From the IMG/VR virus record IMGVR_UViG_3300029267_001302: 55,795 nt of DNA; one strand, given 5' to 3'. Positions 8,607 through 17,851 of this stretch are shown piece by piece; the stretch's first letter is position 1; the number at the start of each line of letters is the position of its first letter. A program made the position numbers and the translations under genes. The DNA comes from a virus. The notes under the pieces are model-generated. The model was not told the DNA's origin, ran no database searches, and saw only the letters and a program-made list of their open reading frames with translations.

Positions 8607-8739
8607 CCGTATCTCCTCCATCGCTTAATTTTCGTAAGCCATCGCTATTTCTCTCGATTACTTTCGCAGCAATTTTTCGGACTTTTTCTGTTCGCTCATC
8701 TTGTTCGTTAGTCCAGCGCCATAAATCATCGTTTGTCAT
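8590..8739 (-). CDS. Small hypothetical protein (49 aa)
   Basis: Absent from the ORF track. Its ATG overlaps the stop of the C5-MTase (ATGA at 8736-8739). Confidence 0.45.
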   Translation of the reverse strand: MTNDDLWRWTNEQDERTEKVRKIAAKVIERNSDGLRKLSDGGDTDESER

Positions 8740-9947
8740 TCGCTATCAACTCTTGTTTTTGCGTTGTTTAACTGTTCGGCAAGCGCTACCCCTAGCTTAT
8801 AAGCCACTAGCGAAGGAATACCGCTGCATCTTTCGTACTGTTTTTCTAATGGAATATCGTCAGAAAAAGAGAACCAATCTGGGACTGATTGTATTCGGAG
8901 ACATTCCCGGACGGTAAATCTACGTGGCGGAGGTACGTCGTATTCGTCCATTTTTCTTATGTCGTAATTAGGCGGCTCGGGATGTAAAGGTAATTGTCTT
9001 GCACATGAGACGATTGTAAAACTCGGTTCGTCCCATTGTTTTTGTCTGTTTCGCGACTTATACCTCGATGAAAATCCGCCGTCGTAGTATTTATCGTGAT
9101 TATCGATAATTTGAGCGTTGTTCTTTCCGTTCATTACAGAGGTAATCGTGTAAGCAGGCTTATCAAACGAGACTTTTCTCAAAAATCCTGTTCTTCCACC
9201 TCCCGAATTGAAGGCTCCTCCTAAAAATTTGCGTTGATCTTCTTCCGGCAAGTCTCTCCAATTTCCACCAGGCGGTATTTTATCGATAAACGGTGCTTCA
9301 TCTTTTCGAATCCCATAACCTCTATGATTGTTAATTCCGTTTGGCTCGGGTAAGTCTCCTATTACGTCACGCAGCACTTTTCGTTCGTTTTCAGGAACTG
9401 GCTCAGGGAATTTATATTTAATCTCGATGTCTTTTCGAATACCAACAATGAAAACTCTCTCTCGTAATTGTGCAACCCCATAGTCAAAGCAGTTAATTAA
9501 TTTCCATTCAACGTTATAGCCGGCATTTGTAAAGTTCTCGATCAACTCATTGAAAAAAGTACGGTGCTTTTTCGATATAATCCCTTTTACGTTCTCGCCA
9601 ATAAATGCTTTCGGTTGATTGTCTCGAACTAAACGGAATAAATGATAACCTAAATCACCATTTTTCTTATCCTTTACCCCTTCACCTTTTCCGGCAAAGC
9701 TAAACGGAGTACAAGGGAACCCGCCGACATAAACATCAGCATATGGCACTTCCGAGCTTTTTAATTTTCTAATATCTGCGACCCTCGCGTGATTTCCGAT
9801 GTTTCTGTTGTACGTATCAACCGCATATTTTTTAATATCAATCGCATCGATAATCGTATAACCCGCTAATTTAAACCCCACCGCTCCGATACCGGCGCCA
9901 CAGAATAAGTCAACCATTGTAAGACCATTGCTTTCTAATTGCTCCAA
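8736..9947 (-). CDS. C5-cytosine DNA methyltransferase-fold enzyme with atypical motif X (candidate DNA carboxymethyltransferase)
   Basis: Motifs I FCGAGIG, IV GGFPCTPFSFAG, VI ENVKG, VIII QLRERVFIVG and IX RRFTVRECLRIQSVPDWF are present. Motif X reads YERCSGIPSLVA instead of ..QxGN(A/S)VP... The likely start is TTG 9947, 8 nt after GGAGG. The track ORF extends to 10031 and an ATG at 9917 is an alternative start. Confidence 0.85.
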   Translation of the reverse strand: MEQLESNGLTMVDLFCGAGIGAVGFKLAGYTIIDAIDIKKYAVDTYNRNIGNHARVADIRKLKSSEVPYADVYVGGFPCTPFSFAGKGEGVKDKKNGDLGYHLFRLVRDNQPKAFIGENVKGIISKKHRTFFNELIENFTNAGYNVEWKLINCFDYGVAQLRERVFIVGIRKDIEIKYKFPEPVPENERKVLRDVIGDLPEPNGINNHRGYGIRKDEAPFIDKIPPGGNWRDLPEEDQRKFLGGAFNSGGGRTGFLRKVSFDKPAYTITSVMNGKNNAQIIDNHDKYYDGGFSSRYKSRNRQKQWDEPSFTIVSCARQLPLHPEPPNYDIRKMDEYDVPPPRRFTVRECLRIQSVPDWFSFSDDIPLEKQYERCSGIPSLVAYKLGVALAEQLNNAKTRVDSE

Positions 9948-9960
9948 AGTAGACACCTCC

Positions 9961-10653
9961 TCACTTGATAGCGATAAGTCCGACAAAGTTATTCCATTTG
10001 AAAAACATGTCAATATCTTTAAAACCTGCATTTTCTAGCAAATTAATGTTTTCGTTAACGGTAAGAGGACGTAAAACTCCACGAATTGATCGAGCTTTCT
10101 TGAATACTTCCTCCTCGGTAACGCCGTTTTTTAACTTTAATTCGTGACACAATTCGACCCACATTTCATTAAATCGGGCGTTATTACCGATGACTTTCTC
10201 GACTAGGATAAATCCGCCGCCTTCGTTTAGACCGTCGAATACCTTGTTTATTAGTGACTGTCTGTAACGTTGAGGTACGAATTGGAGCGTTAAGACGGAA
10301 GTCACTAGACAAGCGTCAATTATTTTAAACGTTTCATTTGTTATATCATCTAGGACGATTCTTACACGACTGTCGCCTTTAAAAGTATTTTTTGCTTTTT
10401 CGACCATTTCTCGAGACAAGTCTATTCCGATATATCTCACCTCTTTTGTCGGATATTTTCGGGTTAAGTTCGAAATAACTTTTCCTGTAGAAGTTCCGAT
10501 GTCGTAAACGCATGAACCGTCTTCTATAAACCACCCCGCCAATTCCGCAACTAGATGGTGTATTTCTTCGTATAAAGGAACGTGTTGTTTTACATGCTCA
10601 TTAAAAATCGGTGTCACGTTTTCGTCGAACTTCCAAATAGAAACTCCGCTCAA
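9961..10653 (-). CDS. cmoA: Carboxy-S-adenosyl-L-methionine synthase homologue (CmoA family)
   Basis: Full-length pattern match to E. coli CmoA, aligned from memory. Shared blocks are WKFDENVTPIF..VPLY, VYDIGTSTG, LTLQFVPQRYRQSLINKVFDGLNEGGGFILVEK and the C-terminal FKWNNFVGLIAIK. The TTG start overlaps the upstream stop (TTGA). Confidence 0.8.
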   Translation of the reverse strand: MSGVSIWKFDENVTPIFNEHVKQHVPLYEEIHHLVAELAGWFIEDGSCVYDIGTSTGKVISNLTRKYPTKEVRYIGIDLSREMVEKAKNTFKGDSRVRIVLDDITNETFKIIDACLVTSVLTLQFVPQRYRQSLINKVFDGLNEGGGFILVEKVIGNNARFNEMWVELCHELKLKNGVTEEEVFKKARSIRGVLRPLTVNENINLLENAGFKDIDMFFKWNNFVGLIAIK

Positions 10654-10787
10654 TCACTATCAACCTCCTCTTTAATTTCGCGCATCATTTCGCGCCATGT
10701 CTTTTTCGGAATCTTACCTTCTCGCATCAGCTTCAATTCGTTTAACGCTTCGATAAGTGATTTTCGCAAATCTCGTTTATCCGTCAT
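10650..10787 (-). CDS. Small hypothetical protein (45 aa)
   Basis: Absent from the ORF track. GAGGTTGAGAG lies before ATG 10787, and the stop overlaps the CmoA-like start. Confidence 0.5.
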   Translation of the reverse strand: MTDKRDLRKSLIEALNELKLMREGKIPKKTWREMMREIKEEVDSD

Positions 10788-10853
10788 TCGCTCTCAACCT
10801 CCGTAATATCTCGTTCATTTACGCGCTTTACGGCGTGCCCGTCATCGCCGGAC

Positions 10854-11570
10854 TTAAACATTCCCTCTCGCTTCCAACTCCGCAAATTCCGGCGCCATCT
10901 CGTGATTTCGCAAAATATCCTCAACGATTTCCACAACCGGATGGCGCTGAACTTCCGTTAAGTTAATATGATCGAAATATTCGTATGCTTCTCGCTCATA
11001 TAAACCGGCAAGCAACCGGTAAAGCCCATTCGTTTTCGTGTTCCGTAGTTTCGTGTTGTCAATTTGCGCGAAGTTCCCGATGAATACGAATTTCGAACCA
11101 ATTGTCGGTCTTGTTGCGATCGCTGCGATTGTATGAACGTCGAGGTTCTGCGCTTCATCTAGCATGAGAAATGCGTGATTGATTGATCGTCCACGAATCG
11201 TTTGAATCGAATCGAAAAATATCTTGCGTTTGTCGTCGTCGCCTTCCGCAAAGTATTTCTTCAATTCGCTAGGTTTGGCGGTCATAACTTCAAGATTATC
11301 CATGAACGGTGCGACGAACGGATAAGTCTTTTCGTTTAAGTCGCCAGGCAATGCGCCAACGTCCATGCCTAACTGCGTTTGAAGTCGTGTGTAAATCAAT
11401 TTGCGGTAGCGTCGCGTTTCAATCGTATGTTCCAGCCCGACTGCTTGCGCGATTAAGGATTTACCGGTACCTGCGGGCCCCGTTAGAAACGTGAAAGGCT
11501 TGTCGTTAATCAACGCCTGCATGGCTCGTTTTTGAGCGTCATTTTTCGCCGATATTCCGAAAAACGCCAA
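10854..11570 (-). CDS. phoH: PhoH-like ATPase
   Basis: Walker A GPAGTGKS, Walker B FLMLDEAQN, and a PhoH-type C-terminus. Confidence 0.85.
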   Translation of the reverse strand: MAFFGISAKNDAQKRAMQALINDKPFTFLTGPAGTGKSLIAQAVGLEHTIETRRYRKLIYTRLQTQLGMDVGALPGDLNEKTYPFVAPFMDNLEVMTAKPSELKKYFAEGDDDKRKIFFDSIQTIRGRSINHAFLMLDEAQNLDVHTIAAIATRPTIGSKFVFIGNFAQIDNTKLRNTKTNGLYRLLAGLYEREAYEYFDHINLTEVQRHPVVEIVEDILRNHEMAPEFAELEARGNV

Positions 11571-11741
11571 TTAGTTTGCCTCCCTCACATCTCCTTTTTC
11601 GTCAAAGTAAAACCCGTTGCGCTCGGCAATACGTTCAACCTCCGAATAGTCTGGCTCGCGACTGTCGGCAATAATCGCCAGCAGCCGCTTGAAATCCTGT
11701 TTAATGCGTGAGTTGCGAATTTTGATCGGTTTATCGTTCAT
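11571..11741 (-). CDS. Small hypothetical protein (56 aa)
   Basis: Absent from the ORF track. AAAGGAGGAACGCCAATG provides the SD, and the stop abuts the phoH TTG start. Confidence 0.55.
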   Translation of the reverse strand: MNDKPIKIRNSRIKQDFKRLLAIIADSREPDYSEVERIAERNGFYFDEKGDVREAN

Positions 11742-11754
11742 TGGCGTTCCTCCT

Positions 11755-12714
11755 TTAGTCGAAAATAAAATCCTCGTCGCGAATCGGTTCGACTTTCGCT
11801 TTTTTGTAGCCGTTTCCTTTCATCGAAAAGAAATCGTGCGACTTCGTTTTCGTCGAAAGCCCGTTTATTACAATCGGATTCACGTCGTCATGTTCGAATT
11901 GAGGCTCAAAACCTAAATTTGAAAGCGCCTTGTTCGCGTTATATCGAACGAAATTAAGAACGTCATAAGTTAGCCCAACCTCGTCGTATAATTCGTGAGT
12001 GTAATCAACTTCGTTTTCATATAGTTGCATAATCAAATTCGTTACAAAGTCGTATAGTTCTCGTTTAACTTCGTCAGGCTGCTTATTATACAACTCCTGC
12101 GCCAGCAGTCCGACATAAACGCCATGAATCGCTTCGTCGCGAATGATAAGATTTATAATTTCACCGCAATTCATTAACCGTCCTTGTCCGTAAAAGTACA
12201 ACGGATAGTAGAAACCGGAGTAGAAAAGGAAACTTTCTAGGAATACCGACGCTACCATTGCTTTATAAAGCGATATATCGTCAGTAATCGTTTTATATAG
12301 TTCGCCTATGATTTCCGCCTTCCGTTGCAAAAACGGATTATCATGCGCCCATTTGAATAGTTCGTTTATTTCTTCCATCGAACATAACGTAATAAAGATG
12401 TTCGAGTAAGATTTTGCGTGAACCGCGTTTTCCATTGCTGCCATAAAAGACAGCAAGGCTTTTCGTTGGTGTCCGTCCACATGTCGTAAAATCGAGTTCA
12501 TTCCAACGTCTCCTTGAAGTGTGTCAAGCAACGTCAGACCTGCCAACACTCGCGAATATGTTTGTCGTTCAGCGTCCGTAAGTAATTTCCACGAATGAAT
12601 ATCGCCAGTTAACGATATTTCTTCCGGCAACCAAAACTGCCGAGTGTTTTGTGCGTAAAATAATTGCGTAAAATGATCGTCAGGCTGCGCCCAATTTGCT
12701 GCTGTATATGACAA
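11755..12714 (-). CDS. nrdF: Class Ib ribonucleotide reductase beta subunit NrdF
   Basis: 319 aa with di-metal ligand patterns (EAIHG region). It lies immediately downstream of nrdE and nrdI. Confidence 0.9.
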   Translation of the reverse strand: MSYTAANWAQPDDHFTQLFYAQNTRQFWLPEEISLTGDIHSWKLLTDAERQTYSRVLAGLTLLDTLQGDVGMNSILRHVDGHQRKALLSFMAAMENAVHAKSYSNIFITLCSMEEINELFKWAHDNPFLQRKAEIIGELYKTITDDISLYKAMVASVFLESFLFYSGFYYPLYFYGQGRLMNCGEIINLIIRDEAIHGVYVGLLAQELYNKQPDEVKRELYDFVTNLIMQLYENEVDYTHELYDEVGLTYDVLNFVRYNANKALSNLGFEPQFEHDDVNPIVINGLSTKTKSHDFFSMKGNGYKKAKVEPIRDEDFIFD

Positions 12715-12726
12715 ATAATCTACCTC

Positions 12727-14814
12727 CTAAACTGCACAAGATAAACATTCAGATTGGCCTGTATCTTTCGTTCTAGCGTAATATAACGTTTTGATTCCGC
12801 GATAGTGAGCGTATAAATCAACTCTCGTTAAATCCCGCGTTGTATGTGTATCCTTCATGAATAACGTGAAGCTAATCGCTTGGTCAACGTGTCGTTGAAT
12901 TGTCGCGATCATGTCGACAACTCTGAACATATCCATGTCGTATGCTTCTTTGTATAAGAACCATGTTTTCGGCGAAAGACCCGGCATTGGGTAATATGTT
13001 TTCGAATTACCATACGTGCGTTCCTCAATTCGCTCCATAATCGGCATAACGCTTGCTGTCGCTGACTGAACGTAACTAATTGAACCGGTCGGTGCAATTG
13101 CTAATCGATAAGCGTGATATAACCCATGTTTCATTACAGATTCTTTCAGCTTCGCCCAATCATCGCGAGTAGGTAATGTAATACCTTCGAATAGTTTCGC
13201 CACACGTTCGCTTTTCGGTGTGAAATCCTCATTAAGGTACATGTCGAAATACTCGCCGGTGTGATACTTCGAGCCTTCAAACCCGTAGAAAGTTTCGCCA
13301 CGTTCTTGCGCTATTTCGTTGGAACGAATTAGCGACCAGTAGTTCATCGCCGCAAAAAACACGTCAGCAAACTCGCGAGCCGTTTCGCTTTCGTAAGGGA
13401 TACCGTTTTGTGCTAAATAGCCGTGCAAATTCATTGCGCCAAGTCCAACGGAATGCATTAATCGATTTGCTTTAGCAACTGCCGGTGCATTCACGATATT
13501 TGTCGAATCTGAAACCATCGTTAAGGCATCCATTGCCAACTTAACGGATTTTTCAATCGACTTGTTCGCCATAACATTAGCGATGTTTAACGAACCTAGA
13601 TTACAAGAAATGTCTAAGCCGATTTTGTCAGGCTGGCCATAGTCGGTGTATTCCGACAAAATACTTACCTGAGCGATCTCGGTACAAAGGTTGGAAAACT
13701 TAACTTTTCCAACGTTATCTAGCGCATGAACACGGTTAACGTTGTCCTCGAACACAATAAACGGATACCCCGATTCAAACCGTAAAGCCGATATTTTTTC
13801 TAACAATTGACGTGGGTTTGCTTTTTTCTTACGAACTGCCGGATTTTCTACCAATTCGTCGTACATTTCGGTTAAATTCATGTCGTCAAAATGACGTCCG
13901 TACGCTTTATAAACAGTGTGCGGGTAAAACAAATACACGGGCTTGTTTTCTCGCGCCAATTCAATGAATTTATCCGGTATAATAACGCCAATACTTAGCG
14001 TTTTAACACGAAAGTCCTCGTCAGCGTTAATTTTTTTCGTTTCCAAAAATTCGTTAATGTCAGCGTGGAAAATATTAAGATACGCTGCGCCTGCCCCCGG
14101 TCGTTGACCCATCTGATCGGCATACCGAAACGCATGGTCAAGCATTTTCATTACACCAACGACGCCCTTTGCGACACCTTCGATTTCTTTTATTGATTCG
14201 CCTTTTGCACGAATTTTTGATAAATTAAGCGAAACGCCGCCGCCGATTTTAGAAAGCTGTTTTGCGATCGATTCCGCCATATTTATGTCGTTAAGACTGT
14301 CGCCAACTTCGAGCAAGAAACACGAAACTAATTCGCCACGACGGGCGCGTCCAGCGTTGAGGAACGTTGGTGTTGCGGGCTGATACTCTTGATTGATTAA
14401 TAGTTTCGCAAACTCAACGGCTTTGTCCGCGTTGCCATCGGCAAGAAATAACGCGACAATTGCGATTCTATCTTCGTACCGCTCTAGTATCTTCTTTTTA
14501 TCGTTTGTTTTCAGCGCATAATCGTTATAAAATTTAAAAGCGCTCATGTACGATGGAAACCGGAACTTTTTCGCATAAGCCGTTTCATAAACACGCTTGA
14601 TTTCGTCAAATGTATATTTATCTAGCACGGTTTTATCGTAGTAATTATTTTCGACTAAGTAATCGAGTTTTTCGCGTAGGTTATGGAAAAACACGGTGTT
14701 TTGATTTACGTAGTCGATAAAATAGGCTTTGACAGCTTCTTTGTCTTTTTCAAGCTGTAAGTCTCCGTTTTCATCACGCTGCATGATTTCGTTGTTTAGT
14801 TCGATATACCGCAC
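12727..14814 (-). CDS. nrdE: Class Ib ribonucleotide reductase alpha subunit NrdE
   Basis: 695 aa with the active-site motif FSNLCTEI and the C-terminal Cys pair ECLSCAV. The gene is uninterrupted, with no intein-sized insertion. Confidence 0.92.
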   Translation of the reverse strand: MRYIELNNEIMQRDENGDLQLEKDKEAVKAYFIDYVNQNTVFFHNLREKLDYLVENNYYDKTVLDKYTFDEIKRVYETAYAKKFRFPSYMSAFKFYNDYALKTNDKKKILERYEDRIAIVALFLADGNADKAVEFAKLLINQEYQPATPTFLNAGRARRGELVSCFLLEVGDSLNDINMAESIAKQLSKIGGGVSLNLSKIRAKGESIKEIEGVAKGVVGVMKMLDHAFRYADQMGQRPGAGAAYLNIFHADINEFLETKKINADEDFRVKTLSIGVIIPDKFIELARENKPVYLFYPHTVYKAYGRHFDDMNLTEMYDELVENPAVRKKKANPRQLLEKISALRFESGYPFIVFEDNVNRVHALDNVGKVKFSNLCTEIAQVSILSEYTDYGQPDKIGLDISCNLGSLNIANVMANKSIEKSVKLAMDALTMVSDSTNIVNAPAVAKANRLMHSVGLGAMNLHGYLAQNGIPYESETAREFADVFFAAMNYWSLIRSNEIAQERGETFYGFEGSKYHTGEYFDMYLNEDFTPKSERVAKLFEGITLPTRDDWAKLKESVMKHGLYHAYRLAIAPTGSISYVQSATASVMPIMERIEERTYGNSKTYYPMPGLSPKTWFLYKEAYDMDMFRVVDMIATIQRHVDQAISFTLFMKDTHTTRDLTRVDLYAHYRGIKTLYYARTKDTGQSECLSCAV

Positions 14815-15155
14815 TTAACCACCCTTTCTTTAAATGTTTTAACATCGTCGTCTGTGCCGGCCAGTTCGAACTTTAAAAGTAACGGAACGTTGTATTTATT
14901 CGTGATAATATCGCCTGCTTTTCCGAAGGAATCGCCCCAATTACGATTACCACTCACCGCCACGCCGCGAAGTAAGTCGCTGTTTTGCTCTAAAAACTCA
15001 TCGACAATTTGCGGAACTTGACCGAAACCTATCGTATAAGTAACAAGTACGAAAGGCTCGATCGCTTTTATACCACGCTTTATTTCAACCGCAGGCAATC
15101 CCGTTTTCTTAACGAACCTTCGTGTGTTACCTGTAAGCGAAGAATAGTAAATCAC
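14796..15155 (-). CDS. nrdI: NrdI flavodoxin-like protein
   Basis: MIYYSSLTGNTRRF N-terminus, 119 aa, upstream of nrdE. Confidence 0.88.
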   Translation of the reverse strand: MIYYSSLTGNTRRFVKKTGLPAVEIKRGIKAIEPFVLVTYTIGFGQVPQIVDEFLEQNSDLLRGVAVSGNRNWGDSFGKAGDIITNKYNVPLLLKFELAGTDDDVKTFKERVVKCGISN

Positions 15156-15323
15156 TTAACCACCTACCGTAAACAACCGAATTAGCGTATCGATAAACGG
15201 AATAATAACCAACGATATTAAAACGATTTTACCTACGATTAACTGTTCATTTCCTTTTGTATCCATATCGATGTATATAAATAAAAGTAACGTTAAACAA
15301 ACGATAGAAAATATCGTTAACAA
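15156..15323 (-). CDS. Small two-TM membrane protein (55 aa)
   Basis: Absent from the ORF track. TTG 15323 lies about 8 nt after GGAGGTG, and the stop abuts the nrdI GTG start. Confidence 0.45.
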   Translation of the reverse strand: MLTIFSIVCLTLLLFIYIDMDTKGNEQLIVGKIVLISLVIIPFIDTLIRLFTVGG

Positions 15324-15511
15324 CCATTATTCACCTCCGTGTTCAACAAATCACGTAAGTCGCGCAAATGCTTTTCATGTTCGTCACGTTCTCGTTTGAG
15401 TTCCGTTAATTTTCGTTCTACTCGCCTAATTTCGTATTCGATGTCGGCAAGTGTTTGTTCTTCGTCAGCCACTAATCGGCGCAATAAGGCGTAGTCAATC
15501 ACATCGACCAC
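15317..15511 (-). CDS. Small coiled-coil protein
   Basis: 64-aa ORF that overlaps the end of the RuvC-like gene. Confidence 0.55.
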   Translation of the reverse strand: MVDVIDYALLRRLVADEEQTLADIEYEIRRVERKLTELKRERDEHEKHLRDLRDLLNTEVNNGC

Positions 15512-16011
15512 CTACCGCCCTCCTTAATTAAACCTTTTTCAATCGCCCAAGCCAACGCTACCGCCACCGCGTCGCTACAATCATCAGTCGCAAACTCGCC
15601 AGTGTAACCGGTCAACCGACGAACCGCCGCTTCCACTTCGTCTTTTTCCGCTTTACCCTTGCCGACAACTAAACGTTTAACTTTCGATTGGCTTATCGGT
15701 TTTTCCGTAAAGTTTAAGTTAAACTCGGCAAGTGCGCGGTCAATTGCCGACCAAGCTGCGAAAACCGGATGGTTTTGCACGCTTGACCGTCCTTGAAAGT
15801 CCTCACGAACAATTACGTCAAACTTTGCGCCGTGTTCGTGAATGAATGCGACCGCCCATGCATAAACAATTTGCGTCCTAAGTGCGTGTGATTGCTTGCT
15901 GTCGGTTTTTACGTGGCTGACGGCGATAATATACGGTTTATTGCGCTTGATTTCGACTAACGCAACGCCTGGCGACGAAAGCGAGGTGTCAAAAGCTAAT
16001 ATCCGTGTCAT
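15499..16011 (-). CDS. ruvC: RuvC-family Holliday junction resolvase
   Basis: ILAFDTS..G N-terminal catalytic Asp, VRED, KVKRLVVGKGKAEKDEV, and DDCSDAVAVALAW. Confidence 0.8.
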   Translation of the reverse strand: MTRILAFDTSLSSPGVALVEIKRNKPYIIAVSHVKTDSKQSHALRTQIVYAWAVAFIHEHGAKFDVIVREDFQGRSSVQNHPVFAAWSAIDRALAEFNLNFTEKPISQSKVKRLVVGKGKAEKDEVEAAVRRLTGYTGEFATDDCSDAVAVALAWAIEKGLIKEGGRWSM

Positions 16012-17003
16012 TCCTTCACTTCCTTTTCACGCACCTCACGAATATACTCAAACGCGTCATAATACGCCTGCTTGCGCCATTCCTGCAACCTCGATCTTAA
16101 CGCTCGTTTAACAAACGCCTTGATTTCGTCAAATTCTTCGTCAGTAAGACTTAAAGCACACGCAGTCTTGTAATTGTTGAACGTGAACTTGTCAATGTCT
16201 AGTTTTGGCGGCTTACGTTCGCGAACGGCACGGTTAATGCCAGCCAGTCTATCGAACAATTCCGCTCGATCGTCGTCAGTAATATGCAGGCAAAATGCTC
16301 GCATGTCCGGCGTTTTTTCGTATTGCTCATCGGTCACTTCCCACGCTTGCTTTGCGGCATTAACGTAGAGTATGACGTAATAATCACAATCAAACATGGC
16401 GCTGTAAGCAACGACTTGTTTAGCGTGTTTATAGTCAGGCGCAATCATCGAGTGTAAACTCGTTTTAGCTGGCGTTGTTTGCTTCGACTTGATCTCGAGG
16501 CCAACACGTATAACCTCACCATCGTCCGTTGTATAGCGCATAATTCCGTCCGGCGCGCCGTAAAGGTAAAACCGCTCGCCGCCCCACTCGACAAGATGAT
16601 TCTTTTTCGCAAAATCCTCGAACATCGGCCGTCCGTCAGGCGTGCGCTCGAACACGAAAGGCGGTTTATTGCCTGTATTCTTTTCGAAATGTTTTTCGAT
16701 AAACAAAATGTCGCGCTGAATGACGCCGCCGATCGCTGTTCCGATTCGTTGCCAACGTCCTTGATGTGGTTGCTGTTTCGTCTTGTCGCGCTCAGCCCCG
16801 ATCGCTTTCATATAAAGTTCGCGCGGGCAAGCGTCGGCAGCTGATGGGCTGAAATATGGCCGCTTCGGATATACCGATTCGACTTTCGCGTACCATTCGT
16901 GAATTTGCGAATCTAATTCGTTGTCCCAAACCTCTGGCAACGAGTGCCATTCGTCTAACATTGCGATTAAGTCTCCTTCAATTTGCGCTTGTAAGTTCGT
17001 CAA
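16008..17003 (-). CDS. PD-(D/E)XK superfamily nuclease (RecB/YqaJ-like exonuclease candidate)
   Basis: GAPDGIM ... VGLEIKSK gives a D...E-x-K arrangement. 331 aa, next to RuvC and the polymerase. Confidence 0.5.
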   Translation of the reverse strand: MTNLQAQIEGDLIAMLDEWHSLPEVWDNELDSQIHEWYAKVESVYPKRPYFSPSAADACPRELYMKAIGAERDKTKQQPHQGRWQRIGTAIGGVIQRDILFIEKHFEKNTGNKPPFVFERTPDGRPMFEDFAKKNHLVEWGGERFYLYGAPDGIMRYTTDDGEVIRVGLEIKSKQTTPAKTSLHSMIAPDYKHAKQVVAYSAMFDCDYYVILYVNAAKQAWEVTDEQYEKTPDMRAFCLHITDDDRAELFDRLAGINRAVRERKPPKLDIDKFTFNNYKTACALSLTDEEFDEIKAFVKRALRSRLQEWRKQAYYDAFEYIREVREKEVKE

Positions 17004-17049
17004 TTGTCATCACCCGGTTTCGTAGTTTTATAGACTGTTGTTTCAATCA

Positions 17050-17851
17050 TCACGCAATCATCCCTTTCTCTTTTCTCGCAAACCACTCGTCAACCGTCAT
17101 ACCTTCGCCCCACCTTAGCGACAACTCAATGTCCGTCTTGTTCGGCACGTTACCGAAACGATACGTATTAATCATCACATCCTCAAATTCCGCAATATCT
17201 TCGCGAGTAATAGTGTTTGGAACTAACAAAAGCACCTCGTCGTGTATAGTCGCGAGCAATCGCCAACCTTTTCGTTTACATAATTCATGTAGTCGCACGA
17301 TCGTTGTCTTCGTTTGAATTGCGCTTGTTCCTTGAATGACGGCATTTGGGCCTTGTCGCAATGCTCTCGACACATCTGCGTCATAACCAAACGTTCGCTT
17401 TTTCGCTTCTGGCAACCGCCGTTTTCGTTGTTGCTTATCCATCCAAACGAATCCATTCTTACGACAAAACGCCTGTGTTTCGTCAATCCAACGTTTAACG
17501 TTAGCGTGTTTTTTGAAAAATTTGTTGAGAAAGTCCTTCGCTTCTTCAACGGTGCAGCTAAGCTGTTGCGAAAGAGTTGTCGGCCCCGTTCCGTATAGCG
17601 CCGCAAGCACGCCTGTTTTCATTGCTTTTCGCTCCGGTGTGCCGTCGCCGCATTCTTCGTATGGCTTCCCGTAAAAATCAGATGCCATTGAAGCGTAAAC
17701 GTCGCGACCTTCGGCATAAGCGTTAAGCAATACTGGTTCTTGTGTAAAATAAGCAGCGCAACGAATCTCTTGTTGCGAAAAGTCTCCGCCCAAAATAACC
17801 CAACCTTCCGGTGCAACAAACAGTTTTCGAGCAGATTTCGGCTGATTTTGT
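17050..17851 (-). CDS. polA: DNA polymerase I family (family A), exon 2
   Basis: It begins (L)QNQPKSARKLFVAPEGWVILGGDFSQQEIR, which matches the Pol I NLQNIP...DYSQIELR motif A region, and continues through the palm and finger motifs to a stop at 17050. Confidence 0.85.

Noticed and set aside
10650-10787. A toxin-antitoxin pair; the 45-aa peptide resembles antitoxin N-termini.
   Set aside because: The resemblance is short and vague, and no toxin-like partner is present. The downstream gene is the CmoA homologue.
12727-14814. An intein or intron in the RNR large subunit, which is common in phage nrdE genes.
   Set aside because: The ORF is continuous and of normal length (695 aa), and the NLCTEI and C-terminal Cys motifs are in normal positions.
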